From Mobula hypostoma (Eukaryota), in NCBI RefSeq assembly GCF_963921235.1, contig NC_086097.1:5084001-5148000 (forward strand): a stretch of DNA of 64,000 nucleotides, in the 5' to 3' direction. Within the stretch, counting starts at the first letter, position 1. Every line of letters starts with the position of its first letter. A program made the translations under genes and the position numbers. Below the pieces are notes generated by a model. It saw only the letters and a list, made by a program, of their open reading frames with translations. It was not told the DNA's origin and searched no databases. Shown here piece by piece: positions 50,369-62,185 of this stretch.

Positions 50369-52084
50369 GGCAAACAGACAGCTTCCCCATCAGGTCTGGA
50401 GTCAGGCAGGGCTGTCCCCTCTCCCCTGTCTTGTTTGTCTGCTGCATTGAACCCTTTGCGGAAGCCATCAGGAGGGATGAGGGCATAAGAAGGGTGACGC
50501 TGCCAGGCAGTGGAGGGACCCAAGTGAAAACCTCCCTGTACATGGACGACGTCACCGTCTTCTGCTCTGATCCGAGGTCAGTTCGCAGGTTGATTGGCAC
50601 CTGCGAACAGTTCGAGCTAGCGTCGGGGGCCAGGGTCAACCGCACGAAGAGCGAAGCCATGCTCTTCTGCAACTGGCCCAACCGATCCAGCTCCCCTTCA
50701 CCATCAGGTCTGACCACGTGAAGGTGTTGGGGATCTGGTTCGGAGGGGCGGAGGCGTGCAACAAGAACTGGCAGGAGCGGACTGCCAAGGTGAAACAGAA
50801 ACTGGGTCTGTGGGGAGGGCGCTCCCTGTCGATAACGGGCAAGAACCTGGTCATCAGGTGTGAGGTGCTCTCAGGGCTGCTGTACTTGGTGCAGGTCTGG
50901 CCCGTCCCCTGCTCCTACAGCTCGGAAATCACCCGGGCTGTCTTCAGATTCGTCTGGGGATCCAAGATGGAGCGGGTGAGATGGACCGCCGTGCACAAGT
51001 CCCTGGACAACAGGGGCAAGAACGTCCCCAATGTCGCCCTCACCCTGATGGCCAGCTTCGTATGTGGCTGCATCAGGTTGTGTATAGAGCCCAGGTATGT
51101 GGGCACCAAGTATCACTATGTGCCCAGGTTCTACTTGTCGCCCTGGCTACGAAGGATGGGTCTGGCCCCACTCCCGCGCAACGTCCCAGTCAGCTGGTCG
51201 TTGCCGGCATACCTGTCCTACGTAGCAAAGTTCTTCCAGGAGAACGCCTTTGACCACAGGGCCATCAGGCAGTGGTCGGCACGTAGTGTCCTGCAGGCAC
51301 TGCAGGAGAAGGACGTGATGGACACAGTGGGGTGGTTCCCTGAGCTGACTTTCCAGTTCATCTGGCAAAATGCCTCATCGCCAGATCTAACCAACAGGCA
51401 CCAAGACCTCGCATGGCTGGCAGTGAGAGGGGCCCTCCCAGTCAGAGCCCTCCTGTACGCCCGGAACGTCGTCTCTGCACCCCACTGCCCACGGGAGGAC
51501 TGCAGTGAGGAGGAGTCTGTGACCCACCTATTTGCACACTGCCAGTTCGCAAAGAGGGTGTGGAGGAGGATGGACGGGCTAGTGTCATGGTTTATCCCCA
51601 GCAGCTGCGTAACAGAGGACTCTCTGATCTACGGGCTGTTCCCGGGGACACACACGGAGACCAACGTCCGGTGCTGCTGGCAGATCATCAACTCGGTGAA
51701 AGACGCTCTTTGGTCGGCCCGAAACTTGATGATCTACCAGCACATGGAGATGTCCGTGGGAGAATGCTGCCGACTGGCACATTCTCGGCTGCAGGAGTAC
51801 GTGCTGAGGGACGCACTGAAACTTGGTGCAACCACCGCAAGGGCCCGGTGGGGAAGGACCACGGTATAGATTTCCTCACCCGCGGGAGTGGGAGGGGTCG
51901 GAGGGCGGGGAGTATACCCCTCAACAACGATGTGGTAAGCTGAACTACTGGAGTGCCACGTGGGTGGCTATAAATACGGATATGTACTGTGTATAATGGA
52001 AACGTATGTAAAGGATGAAAAGTTATTGAATGGTTTATTGTATATATTTATTATTGAATAAAGTATATTTTGAAATAAAAAAAA
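50369..52084 (+). mobile_element. 5'-truncated Tx1-like (L1 clade) retrotransposon, young
   Basis: RT motifs SGVRQGCPLSP and YMDD; 383-aa C-terminal ORF with a CCHC finger (CPREDC..EESVTHLFAHC); AATAAA and poly(A); GC/CpG-rich. Confidence 0.88.
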
Positions 52085-52202
52085 CTGTTCTGCATATGAC
52101 AGGGAGTAATTACAGCTCAGCTCACTGGTCGCCTCACTACAGGAAGGATGTGGAAGCCATAAAGGGTGCAGAGTAGATTTACAAGGATGTAGCCTGGATT
52201 GG

Positions 52203-53970
52203 CGTTGGCAACAGGAGTGAAGGTAGGACCGATTAGAGATAAAGGTGGGAAGATGTGCCTGGAGGCTGTGGAAGTGAGCGAGGTCCTCAATGAATACTTC
52301 TCTTCAATATTCACCAATGAGAGGGAACTTGATGATGGTGAGGACAATATGAGTGAGGTTGATGTTCTGGAGCATGTTGATATTAAGGCAGAGGAGGTGT
52401 TGGAGTTATTAAAATACATTAGGGTGGATAAGTCCCTGGGGTCTGATGGAATATTCGCCAGGCAGCTCAACGAGGTGAGGGAAGAGATTGCTGAGCCTCT
52501 GGCTAGGATCTTTATGTCCTTGTTGTCTACGGGAATGGTACCGGAGGATTGGAGGGAGGCGAATGTTGTCCCCTTGTTCAAAAAAGGTAGTAAGGATAGT
52601 CCGGGTAATTATAGACCAGTGAGCCTTACGCCTGTGGTGAGAAAGCTGTTGGAAAATATTCTTACAGATAGGACCTATGGGCATTTAGAGAATCATGGTC
52701 TGATCAGGGACAGTCAGCATGCCTTTGTGAAGGGCAGATTCTGTCTAACAAGCTTGATAGAGTTCTTTGAGGAGGTGACCAGGCATATAAATGAGGGTAG
52801 TGCAGTGGATGTGATCCATATGGATTTTAGTAAGGCATTTGACAAGGTTCCACATGGTAGGCTTATTCAGAAAGTCAGAAGGCATGGGATTCAGGGAAGT
52901 TTGACCAAGTGGATTCAGAAATGGCTTGCCTGCAGTAGGCAGAAGGTTGTGGTGGAGGGAGTACATTTGGATTAGAGGATTGTGACTAGTGGTGTCACAC
53001 AAGGATCTGTTCTGGGACCTCTACTTTTTGCAATTTTTATTAACGACCTGGATGTGGGGGTAGAAGGGTGGGTTGGCAAGTTTGCAGATGACACAAAAGT
53101 TGGTGGTGTTGTAGAAGGTGTAGCGGATTGTCGAAGATTGCAGAGAGACATTGATAGGTTACAGAAGTGGGCTGACAAGTGGCAGATGGAGTTCAACCTG
53201 GAGAAGTGTGAGGTGGTACACTTTGGAAGGACGAACTACAAGGCAGAGTACAAAGTAAATGGCAGGATACTTGGTAGTGTGGAGGAGCAGAGGGATCTTG
53301 GGGTACATGTCTACAGATATCTGAAAGTTGCCTCACGGGTAGATAGGGTAGTTAAGAAGGCTTATGGGATGTTAGCTTTCATAAGTCGAGTGATAGAGTT
53401 TAAGAGTCACGAGGTAATGATGCAGCTCTATAAAACTCTGGTTAGGCCACACTTGGAGTATTGTGTCCAGTTCTGGTCACCTCTCTATAGGAAGGATGTG
53501 GAAGCATTGGAAAGGGTACAGAGGAGATTTACCAGGATGCTGCCTGGTTTAGAGAGTGTGCATTATGATAAGACATTAAGGGAGCTAGGGCTTTCCTCTT
53601 TGGAGAGAAGGAGGATGAGAGGAGACATGATAGAGGTGTACAAGATAATAAGAGGAATAGATAGAGTGGATAGCCAGCACCTCTTCCCCAGGGCACCACT
53701 GCTCAATACAAGAGGACATGGCTTTAAGGTAAGGGATGGGAAGTTCAAGGGGGATATTAGAGGAAGGTTTTTTACTCAAAGAGTGGTTGGTGCGTGGAAC
53801 GTACTGCCTGAGTCAGTGGTGGAGGCAGATACACTAGTGAAATTTAAGAGACTACTAGACAGGTATATGGAGAAATTTAAGGTGAGGGGTTATATGGGAG
53901 GCAGGGTTTGAGGGTCAGCACAACAATGTGGGTTGAAGGGCCTGTATTGTGCTGTACTATTCTATGTTCT
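52203..53970 (+). mobile_element. Young 5'-truncated CR1-like LINE nested in another CR1
   Basis: RT frame 52199-53911 is open except for one TAG (52973-52975). Flanked by ATTGG/ATTAG; the host CR1 at 52122-52202 resumes at 53971. Confidence 0.92.
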
Positions 53971-54415
53971 ATTAGGGAGCATGCCTTATGAGAATAGATT
54001 GAGTGAACTCGGCCTTTTCTCCTTGGAGCGACGGAGGATGAGAGGTGACCTGATAGAGGTGTACAAGATGATGAGAGGCATTGATCGTGTGGATAGTCAG
54101 AGGCTTTTTCCCAGGGCTGAAATGGTTGCCACAAGAGGACACAGGTTTAAGGTGCTGGGGAGTAGGTACAGAGGAGATGTCAGGAGTAAGTTTTTTATGC
54201 AGAGAGTGGTGAGTGCGTGGAATGGGCTGCTGGCAACGGTGGTGGAGGTGGATACGATAGGGTCTTTTAAGAGACTTTTGGATAGGTACATGGAGCTTAG
54301 AAAAATGGAGGGCTATAGGTAAGCCTAGTAATTTCTTAGGTAGGGACACGTTCAGCACAACTTTGTGGGCCGAAGGGCCTGTATTGTGCTGTAGGTTCTC
54401 TGTGTTTCTATGTTT
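53971..54415 (+). mobile_element. CR1-like 3' fragment (host of the preceding insertion)
   Basis: ORF 53933-54322 plus 3' UTR. Confidence 0.88.
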
Positions 54416-54819
54416 CAGCACTTCCTTCCCTCTAAGGACTCTGTCTACACTTTTTGTTTCCCATCAGTAAAGAAGTCACCAGAATCAAACCATACACATT
54501 CTCTCTTCTCTCCTCTATCACGGGCAGAAGATGCAGAAGCCTGAAAGCACGTACCACCAGGCTCGAGGACAGCTTCTATTCCACTGTTATTAGACTTTTG
54601 AATGTTCCTCCTGTTTGATAAGGTGGACACTTGACCTCGTTATGATCTTGCACCGCATTACCACCTACACTGTACTTTATTCTGCAATGTTAATTGTTTT
54701 ACTTTGTTCTACCTCAATGCGCTGTGTAATGGTTTGGTCGGAATGATAAGTATGCAAGACAAGCTTTTCACTGTATCTTGGAACCAGCAACACTCACAAA
54801 CTGATACTTTTACAAATTA

Positions 54820-55690
54820 ACACACACAGAATTCTGGAGAAACTCAGCAGGACTGAAAGCATCAATGGAAATGAATGAACAGTCCACATTTCGGGCTGAG
54901 ACCCTTCTTCAGGTCTGAAAAGGGAAGGGAACGGACCTCCAAGAGGATTACAGCTTCATCGTGGTTTGGAGGCTCACGTGCCTCGAAGGCCTAGATAACT
55001 ATGTTGGCAAGAGACAGGACTTTATGCTTTGGCTCTTGGTAGGATCACCCCTGCCAAACAGGTCAAAGGGTAGAGGTGAACCAGTCCTCTGGGTTCAGGG
55101 GTTCAGCTCAGGGCCCAATAACCCTGACTGTTCAAAACAAAACATTGTTACAGAAACAGCAATGAAGAATCCTTCTGCATCTGTGTGTGATGTTATTCCG
55201 TAGTCTCCAACCAGGATTTGCATGACCGACAGTAGTGAAAACCGAGAGGAAGCTACTGCCAGCAATGGCACAGGTAGTAAGTAAGGAGGGGAAGGAGAAT
55301 AGCCGGAAGGTGATAGGTGAAGCCAGGTGGTTTGGAAAGATAAAGGGCTGGAGAGGAAGCAATCTGATGGGAGAGGAGAGTGGACCAGAGGAGGGAACCC
55401 AGGTGGAGGTGATAGGCAGGTGATGAGTGGTAAGAGGCAAGAGTGGAGGAATAGAAGAAGAGGAGCGGGTGGAGAGAAATTTGTTTACCAGAAAGAGAAT
55501 TTGATATTCATGCCATCAGGTTGGAGGCTACCCAGATGGAATACAAGGTGTTGCTCCTCTTCTTCGAGGGTGGCCTCATCTTGGCACCGATATTTCAGAA
55601 CAGATTGGGAGTGGGAATTAAAATGTTTGGCCACCAGGAAGCTCTACTTTTGGTGGATGGAGCGGAGGTGCTCAATGAAGCGGCCCCTCC
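54820..55690 (-). mobile_element. Penelope-like fragment interrupted by an RTE (Rex3/Expander-like) 5' UTR piece at about 54945-55235
   Basis: Degenerate hammerhead at about 54882-54917; GIY-YIG tail at 55500-55690. Confidence 0.6.
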
Positions 55691-55994
55691 AATCATGACA
55701 AATTTACCACACACATGGAAAACCTAGCAGTTCTCTATCCCATTCCGAAAGTTCACAATGAACTACAACCGAAGATGAAGTATGCAACTAACAACAACTA
55801 CATTGTCCATGGTGGATCAACAAGAATGTGGAGGAAAGTACAAACTTTGCAAACAATTCTAACAATATTCATCCACAGTGTTTTAAAAATGTATTTGGCC
55901 TGGTAAACAGAGGAACTCAGCTCCCCTCCATTCTCTTTCATCACCATATAAATGATTAACAATTTTTTCTGATTAAAAAGAATGTAGAACATAT

Positions 55995-56442
55995 ATACCG
56001 AAAGGTATCGGAAAATGGCCAGTAACATCATGAAGGATCCCACCCACCCTTCTCATGGACTGTCTGTCCCACTCCCATCAGGGAAGAGGTTACGTACCAC
56101 CCACACCAGGACCGCCAGACTCAAAAACACTTTCTCGAAGCAGTAAGTCTGATCAACACCTCCACCGAGTAACCCACCCCTCCACACCCCTAACCACCAG
56201 TACTTTGTCATTTCCTGTCAGCGTCACTGTATGTACAGACACGCTTGTGTCCAGTGTTACTTTGTGATTGCTACCGTAAGTATTTATATTATATTTTGTA
56301 TTTATTGTGATTTTTTATTATTGTGTTCTTTATCTTACTGTTTTTGTCTGTGCTGCTTCAGATGGAGAGTAACAAATATTTTGTTCTCATTTACACTTGT
56401 GTGCTGGAAATGGCATTAAACAACTTTGAATCTTGAATCTTG
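55995..56442 (+). mobile_element. Rex1/Babar-like 3' fragment
   Basis: Encodes ASNIMKDPTHPSHGL.VPLPSG, with a TTGAATC tail. Confidence 0.75.
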
Positions 56443-57239
56443 AGATATGCTTTTTCACATTAAAGGATTCTTTTTCTAAATAACGTCTCATACCTTGCCA
56501 CGTTGTGATGATACAACTGTCTGCTTTGGCGCCCTCAGAGGAAACCTGCTACACTTCAGAACCATTTTAGTCATTGTTGGCACATCCCAAGGCAATCATG
56601 TTCCAGCTTTTAATTAGATATGAAAAAATTTGGAAAGTAAGGAAGTTGGCTGTATGTGCCAATTGAGCATATGCTGTGTTGTTAACAGTCTGTACCAGTC
56701 TCTTCCAGTTTCAGTCCTTCTGTTTGATTGTACTTTACACCACCAGGTTCAGGAACGGTTCAGGAATCATCGGGCTCCTGAAACAGAGGGAATAACTGAA
56801 TCTCACTCATCCCATCACTGACCTGTTCCTACAACGTATGGTCGCACTTTCAACGACTTTACATCTCACGTTCTCGATATTTATTGCTCATTTGTTTTGT
56901 TCTTTTTCTTTTTGCATTTGCATAGTTTGTCATCTTTTGCAAATTGGTTGTTTGTCTGTCCTATTGGGTGCAGTCTTTCATTAATTCTATTGTGTTTCTT
57001 TGTATTTACTGTGAATGTCCACAAGAAAATGAATCTCAGGGTCGTATACGATGATCTATATGTATTTTGATAATAAATTTATTTTGAACTTTTGAACTTT
57101 GATCAGGAGGCTTAAGAAATACGTCCCCTTTTGTGAAGTATTCAGAAATTCAAAAGGCAGATTCAGACATTGTATGTCAGTGTGCTCACAAAGCATCAAT
57201 ACTGGTGATCTAAAATCACATTTTAACTCCTGTTTACCC

Positions 57240-58000
57240 ACAGAATTTAAAGCAGACAAGTATGAGGTTTTGCACTCTGGGAGGACCAGCTAGAGTAGTT
57301 CTTACACAGTGAAGAGCAGGGTACTGAGGAAAGTGTAGAAAAGAGGGATCTGGGAATACAGGTACATAATTCGTTGAAAGGTCGTAAAGAAAGCTTTTGA
57401 CACATTGGCCTTCATAAATCAATGTACTGAGTACAGGAGATGGGATGTTATGCTGTAGTTGTATAAGACACCGGTGTCTAATTTGGAATATTGTGTGCAG
57501 TTTTGATCACCTACCTACGGGAAAGATATAAATAACATTGAACAGGTGCAGGTAAAATTTACAAGGATGTTGCCGGGACTCGAGTACCTGAGTTATAGGG
57601 AAAGGGTGAAAAAGTTAAGACTTTATCCCCTAGAATGTAGAAGATTGAGGGGAGATTTGATAGAGGTGTACAAAATTATGAGGGATGTAGATAGGGTAAT
57701 TGCAAGCAGACATTTTCCACTGAGTTTGCATGAGACTAGAACTGGAGGTCATGAGTTAAGGGTGAAAGGTGAAAAGTTTAAGGAACATCTTCCCTCAGAG
57801 GATGGTGAGAGTGTGGAATGAGTTGCCAGTAGAAGTGTTGGATCCAGGTTTAAGAGTAACTTGGATAGGTACATGGATGGGAGAAGAATAGAGCACGATG
57901 GTCCTGGTGCAGGTGGATGGGATTAGGCTGAATAATAGTTTGGTACTGACTAGATGGGCTGTAGGGACTGTTTCTGTGCTGTAACATTCCATGACTCTAT
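57240..58000 (+). mobile_element. CR1-like 3' fragment
   Basis: ORF 57546-57821. Confidence 0.85.
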
Positions 58001-58189
58001 ATAAAAATACTACTTGATAGGGTGTCCACTGTCCAACATGTACAGTTTCAATGTATAATTACCCTGATTCTTCTGTAACATAACAATGCGAAGGAAGTAC
58101 CCTCAATGAAACAGCAGCTATGACTGAGATGCAAGTGAAATATCTTTGAACTGACTGCAGATTTTTGTGGACATGTGGCTCAGTTTGAG

Positions 58190-60204
58190 GAGGAGCATTG
58201 TTGGAATGGGGTACAGAGGGCTCTGAATAGACGTAGTACCTTTGATGTCTGACATGCTGCTCCCTACCAGACAGGGTGGACAGGCATCACCGGTCCTCAT
58301 CCATCTCCTAAATCTCTCACGTGTTGGCTCCAAGCGTCATACCCCGGTAAACCCTTCAGCTGGCGGGCTAAACCATATGAGGGGGTGGTGTTAACACGGC
58401 AGCACTGGGCGAATGACTTCCATGATGAAGTCACCGCCGGGGCGGAGAGGTTCACAGATGAACTATAACGGCCACGTGTTCACGACCAAGGCGAGCCACC
58501 TAGTTGGAGGAAATTGGCTGTGGTCAAACCTGGAGAGGGATGGACTCCGCCAGGTTTCAGATGCCCAAGACACGCCGCATGATGAACACACCAAAAAGCA
58601 ACCTCATACCGGATTGGTCGCAGCCTGGGTTACCAATGACCCCGCTATCCGTCTCACACTAGGGCGGACGCAATAAATGTGCTACTGGTGATCCGACACA
58701 GAAGATCGGTGGCAGAGAGAACATCACAATCACCACATGGAATGTAAGAACACTGAACCAAGCAGGGAAACTCAAGGAACTCATGCATGAGATGGAAAGA
58801 TACAACAGGCACCTCCTTGGGCTCTGTGAAGCCAGATGGAAGAACGCTGGAGAAGTGCATACTGAGGAAGGACATTTACTCTATTGTAGCGGAGAAGAGA
58901 ACAGACATGAAAATGGCGTAGGGTTCCTAGTCAACAAATCCATCAAGAACACTGTTCTAGGATGCCAACCAGTGTCAATCAGGCTCATGACCATCCGCCT
59001 GTGAGTGAAGCCACTCAACATCACAGTGGCACGAGCCTACGCCCCAACAACAGACTACAACGATGAGCACATTGAAGAATTCTACAAGATGTCATCGACA
59101 AGGTGGACATAAAAGATATTTCAATCATTCAGGGTGACTGGAATGCCAAGGTGGGCAGAGCCGCACAAGATGAGTTGGGGAGATCTCATCGGCCCCTCAT
59201 GCAATGACACCTCCAATGAGAGGGGACTACGCCTGCTGGAATTTGCCATTTGTAACAACATGGTGCTGACGAACACACTTGGAGAGAACAAAGCATCCCA
59301 AAGATGGACCAGGCATGCCCCCAGTGGTCAACATCACCAGATCGACTACATCCTGGGGCAAAGACGGCACAAATCTGGTGTGAACAGACCGAAGACCAGA
59401 ACATTCCCAGGTGCAGACGTGGGCAGTGACCATGACCTTGTCATGATGAACATCAGAGTGCGCTTGAGGAGAATCAACAAGCCAAAAAACAGTCGGCTGA
59501 GATTCGACCTTGAAGAACTGAAAGACCCCGCCATCTCTGAAGAATTTCAGGCAGCAGCTGGGGGGAAGTTTGCACCAATACTCCTCCTTGATGAAGACCT
59601 GGAGACCACCACAAATGATTTTAACACAGTGATGACAGAAACAACAAGCAAGATTCTGGGGAAAAGCCACCGCAAGTCGAAACCATGGGTCACTAACAAG
59701 ATACTGGATATGTGTGACACAAGAAGGAAATTAAAGAAAGATAAAAACACAGCAGAGGGAAGAACAGAATACAGGAAAATCAACAAGGAAATCAGGAGGG
59801 AAATGAAGGAAGCAAAGCAAAGATGGATAGCCGAACAATGTGTGGACATTGAAGACAGCCTCTCCAACAACAACACAAAGAAGGCATTCCAACTGGTGAA
59901 GGATCTTACCAAAGAAAAACAAGCCAAAGTGAACATCATCCAAGACAAAAATGGCAGAAGTCTCACAGAAGAAAAGGAAATAATGGAAAGCTGGACAGAG
60001 TACTGTTCAGAACTGTACAATTACCAGAGCAAAGGGGATCCAAGCATGCTGAATGTGCAGGAGTCTTCCAATGAGGAAGACTATCCAATCATGCATGAAG
60101 AAGTTGAAGCTGCAATACGATCACTCAAGTGAGGGAAGTCAGCCGGAGTTGACAACATCCCTGCTGAACTGCTGAAGCAAGGAGGAGAGGCCACGATAGA
60201 CATG
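58190..60204 (+). mobile_element. RTE-clade LINE 5' half (5' UTR plus APE endonuclease), copy A
   Basis: Encodes TWNVRTL, LGLCEARW, GDWNAKVG, HQIDYI and GSDH motifs. Confidence 0.88.
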
Positions 60205-60830
60205 GGCTGAAAAATGGCAGATGCAATTTAATGCAGAGAAGTGTGAGGTGTTGCACTTCAGTAGGACCAACCAAGCTATGTCTTACATGGTGAATGGTAG
60301 GGCACTGAGGATTGCTGTAGAACAAAGGGATCTGGGAATATAGGTCCAAAATTCATTGAAAGTATCATCACAGGTAGATGGGTTGTAAAGAAAGTTTTAG
60401 CACATTGGCCCTCATATATTGAGTACAGGAGATGTGGAGTTCTGTTGAAGTTGTATAAGACATTGGTGAAGCCGTATTTGGAGTATTGTGTGAAGTTTTG
60501 GTCACCTACCAACAGGAAAGATGGAAATAAATTTGAAAGAGTACAGGAAAAATTTAAAAGAGTGGTGTCGGGTCTGGAGGATCTGAGTTATAAGGAAAGA
60601 TTGAATAGGTAAGGACTGTATGCTTTAGATTGTAGAAGATTGAGAGGAGATTTCATAAAAGTACACAACATTATGAGAGGTATAGATAGGGTGAATGCAA
60701 GCAGGCTTTTCTTCCACTGAAATTTAGTGGGACTACAACCAGATGTCATGGGTTAAGGGTAAAAGTTGAGATCTTTACAGGGAACTTGAGGGGAAACTTC
60801 TTCACTCAGAGAGTCATGAGAGTGTGGAAC
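60205..60830 (+). mobile_element. CR1-like RT C-terminal fragment
   Basis: Encodes WAEKWQMQFN and LVKPYLEYC. Confidence 0.85.
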
Positions 60831-60839
60831 TCAAAGGGA

Positions 60840-60887
60840 TAAATAAATAAATAAATGCATACATACATACATACATACATACATACA
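60840..60887. repeat. (TAAA)n-(TACA)n compound microsatellite
   Basis: Directly visible. Confidence 0.95.
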
Positions 60888-61447
60888 ATCAACATATTAT
60901 GGTACTCCTTCTATATCTGACAAAGCACTGCTGGTAAACAGAGATGTATCTCAGCACTAAGGTGTTTCTGAAGTCTGAGGAAGATATTTGCCTAATTTGT
61001 AAAAGGCACCAAGATAGTTCAATTATTTTCCATTTTCAAAATGCCATGTCCTTTCTAACATGCAACTGACCACAAAACAATGAGATGTACAATAATTATA
61101 CCATTTGGCCCATTGAATCTGCTCCACCATTCCATCGTAGCTGATTTATTATCCCTCTCAACACCATTCTCCTGCCTTCTCCTCATAACCTTTGACACCC
61201 TGACTAATCAAGATCAACCTCCACCTTAGAAATACTCACAGACTTGGTCTCCACCACCATCTGTGGCAAACGATTCCACAGATTCTCCATCTGCTGCCTG
61301 CCCTGAGTAATATCTTTTCTTCTGGCAAAAAAGTTGCCAGGGCAATCTGTATGAAGACATGCTTCATTTATGTGGGGCATAGATTCAGTTTTTTTCTCCC
61401 CAGGGATGGGGAATAAAAAAATTAGAGGACATAGGTTTAAGGATTTA

Positions 61448-62027
61448 GTCATAGTCATAGTCATAGTCATACTTTATTGATCCCAGGGGAAATTGGTTTT
61501 CGTTACAGTTGCACCATAAATAATAAATAGTAATAGAACCATAAGTAGTTAAATAATAATATGTAAATTATGCTAGTAAATTATGAAATAAGTCCAGGAC
61601 CAGCCTATTGGCTCAGGGTGTCTGACCCTCCAAGGGGGGAGTTGTAAAGTTTGATGGCCACAGGCAGGAATGACTTCCTATGATGTTCTGTGTTGCATCT
61701 GGGTGGAATGAGTCTCTGGCTGAATGTACTCCTGTGTCCACCCAGTACATTATGTAGTGGATGGGAGACATTGACCAAGATGGCATGCAACTTAGACAGC
61801 ATCCTCTTTTCAGACACCACCATGAGAGAGTCCAGTTCCATCCCCACAACATCACTGGCCTTACGAATGAGTTTGTTGATTCTGTTGGTGTCTGCTACCC
61901 TCAGCCTGCTGCCCCAGCACACAACAGCAAACATGATAGCACTGGCCACCACAGACTCGTAGAACATCCTCAGCATCGTCCTCAGATCCTCAGATGTTAA
62001 AGGACCCCAGTCTCCTCAGGAAATAGG
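61448..62027 (-). mobile_element. 5'-truncated Rex1/Babar-like LINE with (GACTAT)n tail and 18-bp TSD
   Basis: ORF 61605-61976. TSD CATAGGTTTAA(G/A)GATTTA at 61430-61447 and 62028-62045. Confidence 0.88.
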
Positions 62028-62185
62028 CATAGGTTTAAAGATTTAATAGGATTTAATAGGAGCTTGAAGGGCAGCTTTTTTTCCTGGGGAGTTGTCAGTA
62101 TATATAGTGATTTGCCAAAGTAAGTGGCTGAGGTATGTACAGTAACAACTCTTAAACGACATTTTTTATTTAGAGATACAGCACA

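Noticed and set aside
58290..58420. Possible HDV-like ribozyme in the RTE 5' UTR (TCTCACGT loop, GGCGAAT)
   Set aside because: I could not assemble consistent P1, P1.1, P2 and P3 pairings by eye; a structure-descriptor search is needed.
61605..61976. ORF resembling the ALKBH8 N-terminal/DUF1891 region
   Set aside because: It has a TSD and repeat tail, so it is a Rex1-type LINE end rather than a host gene.
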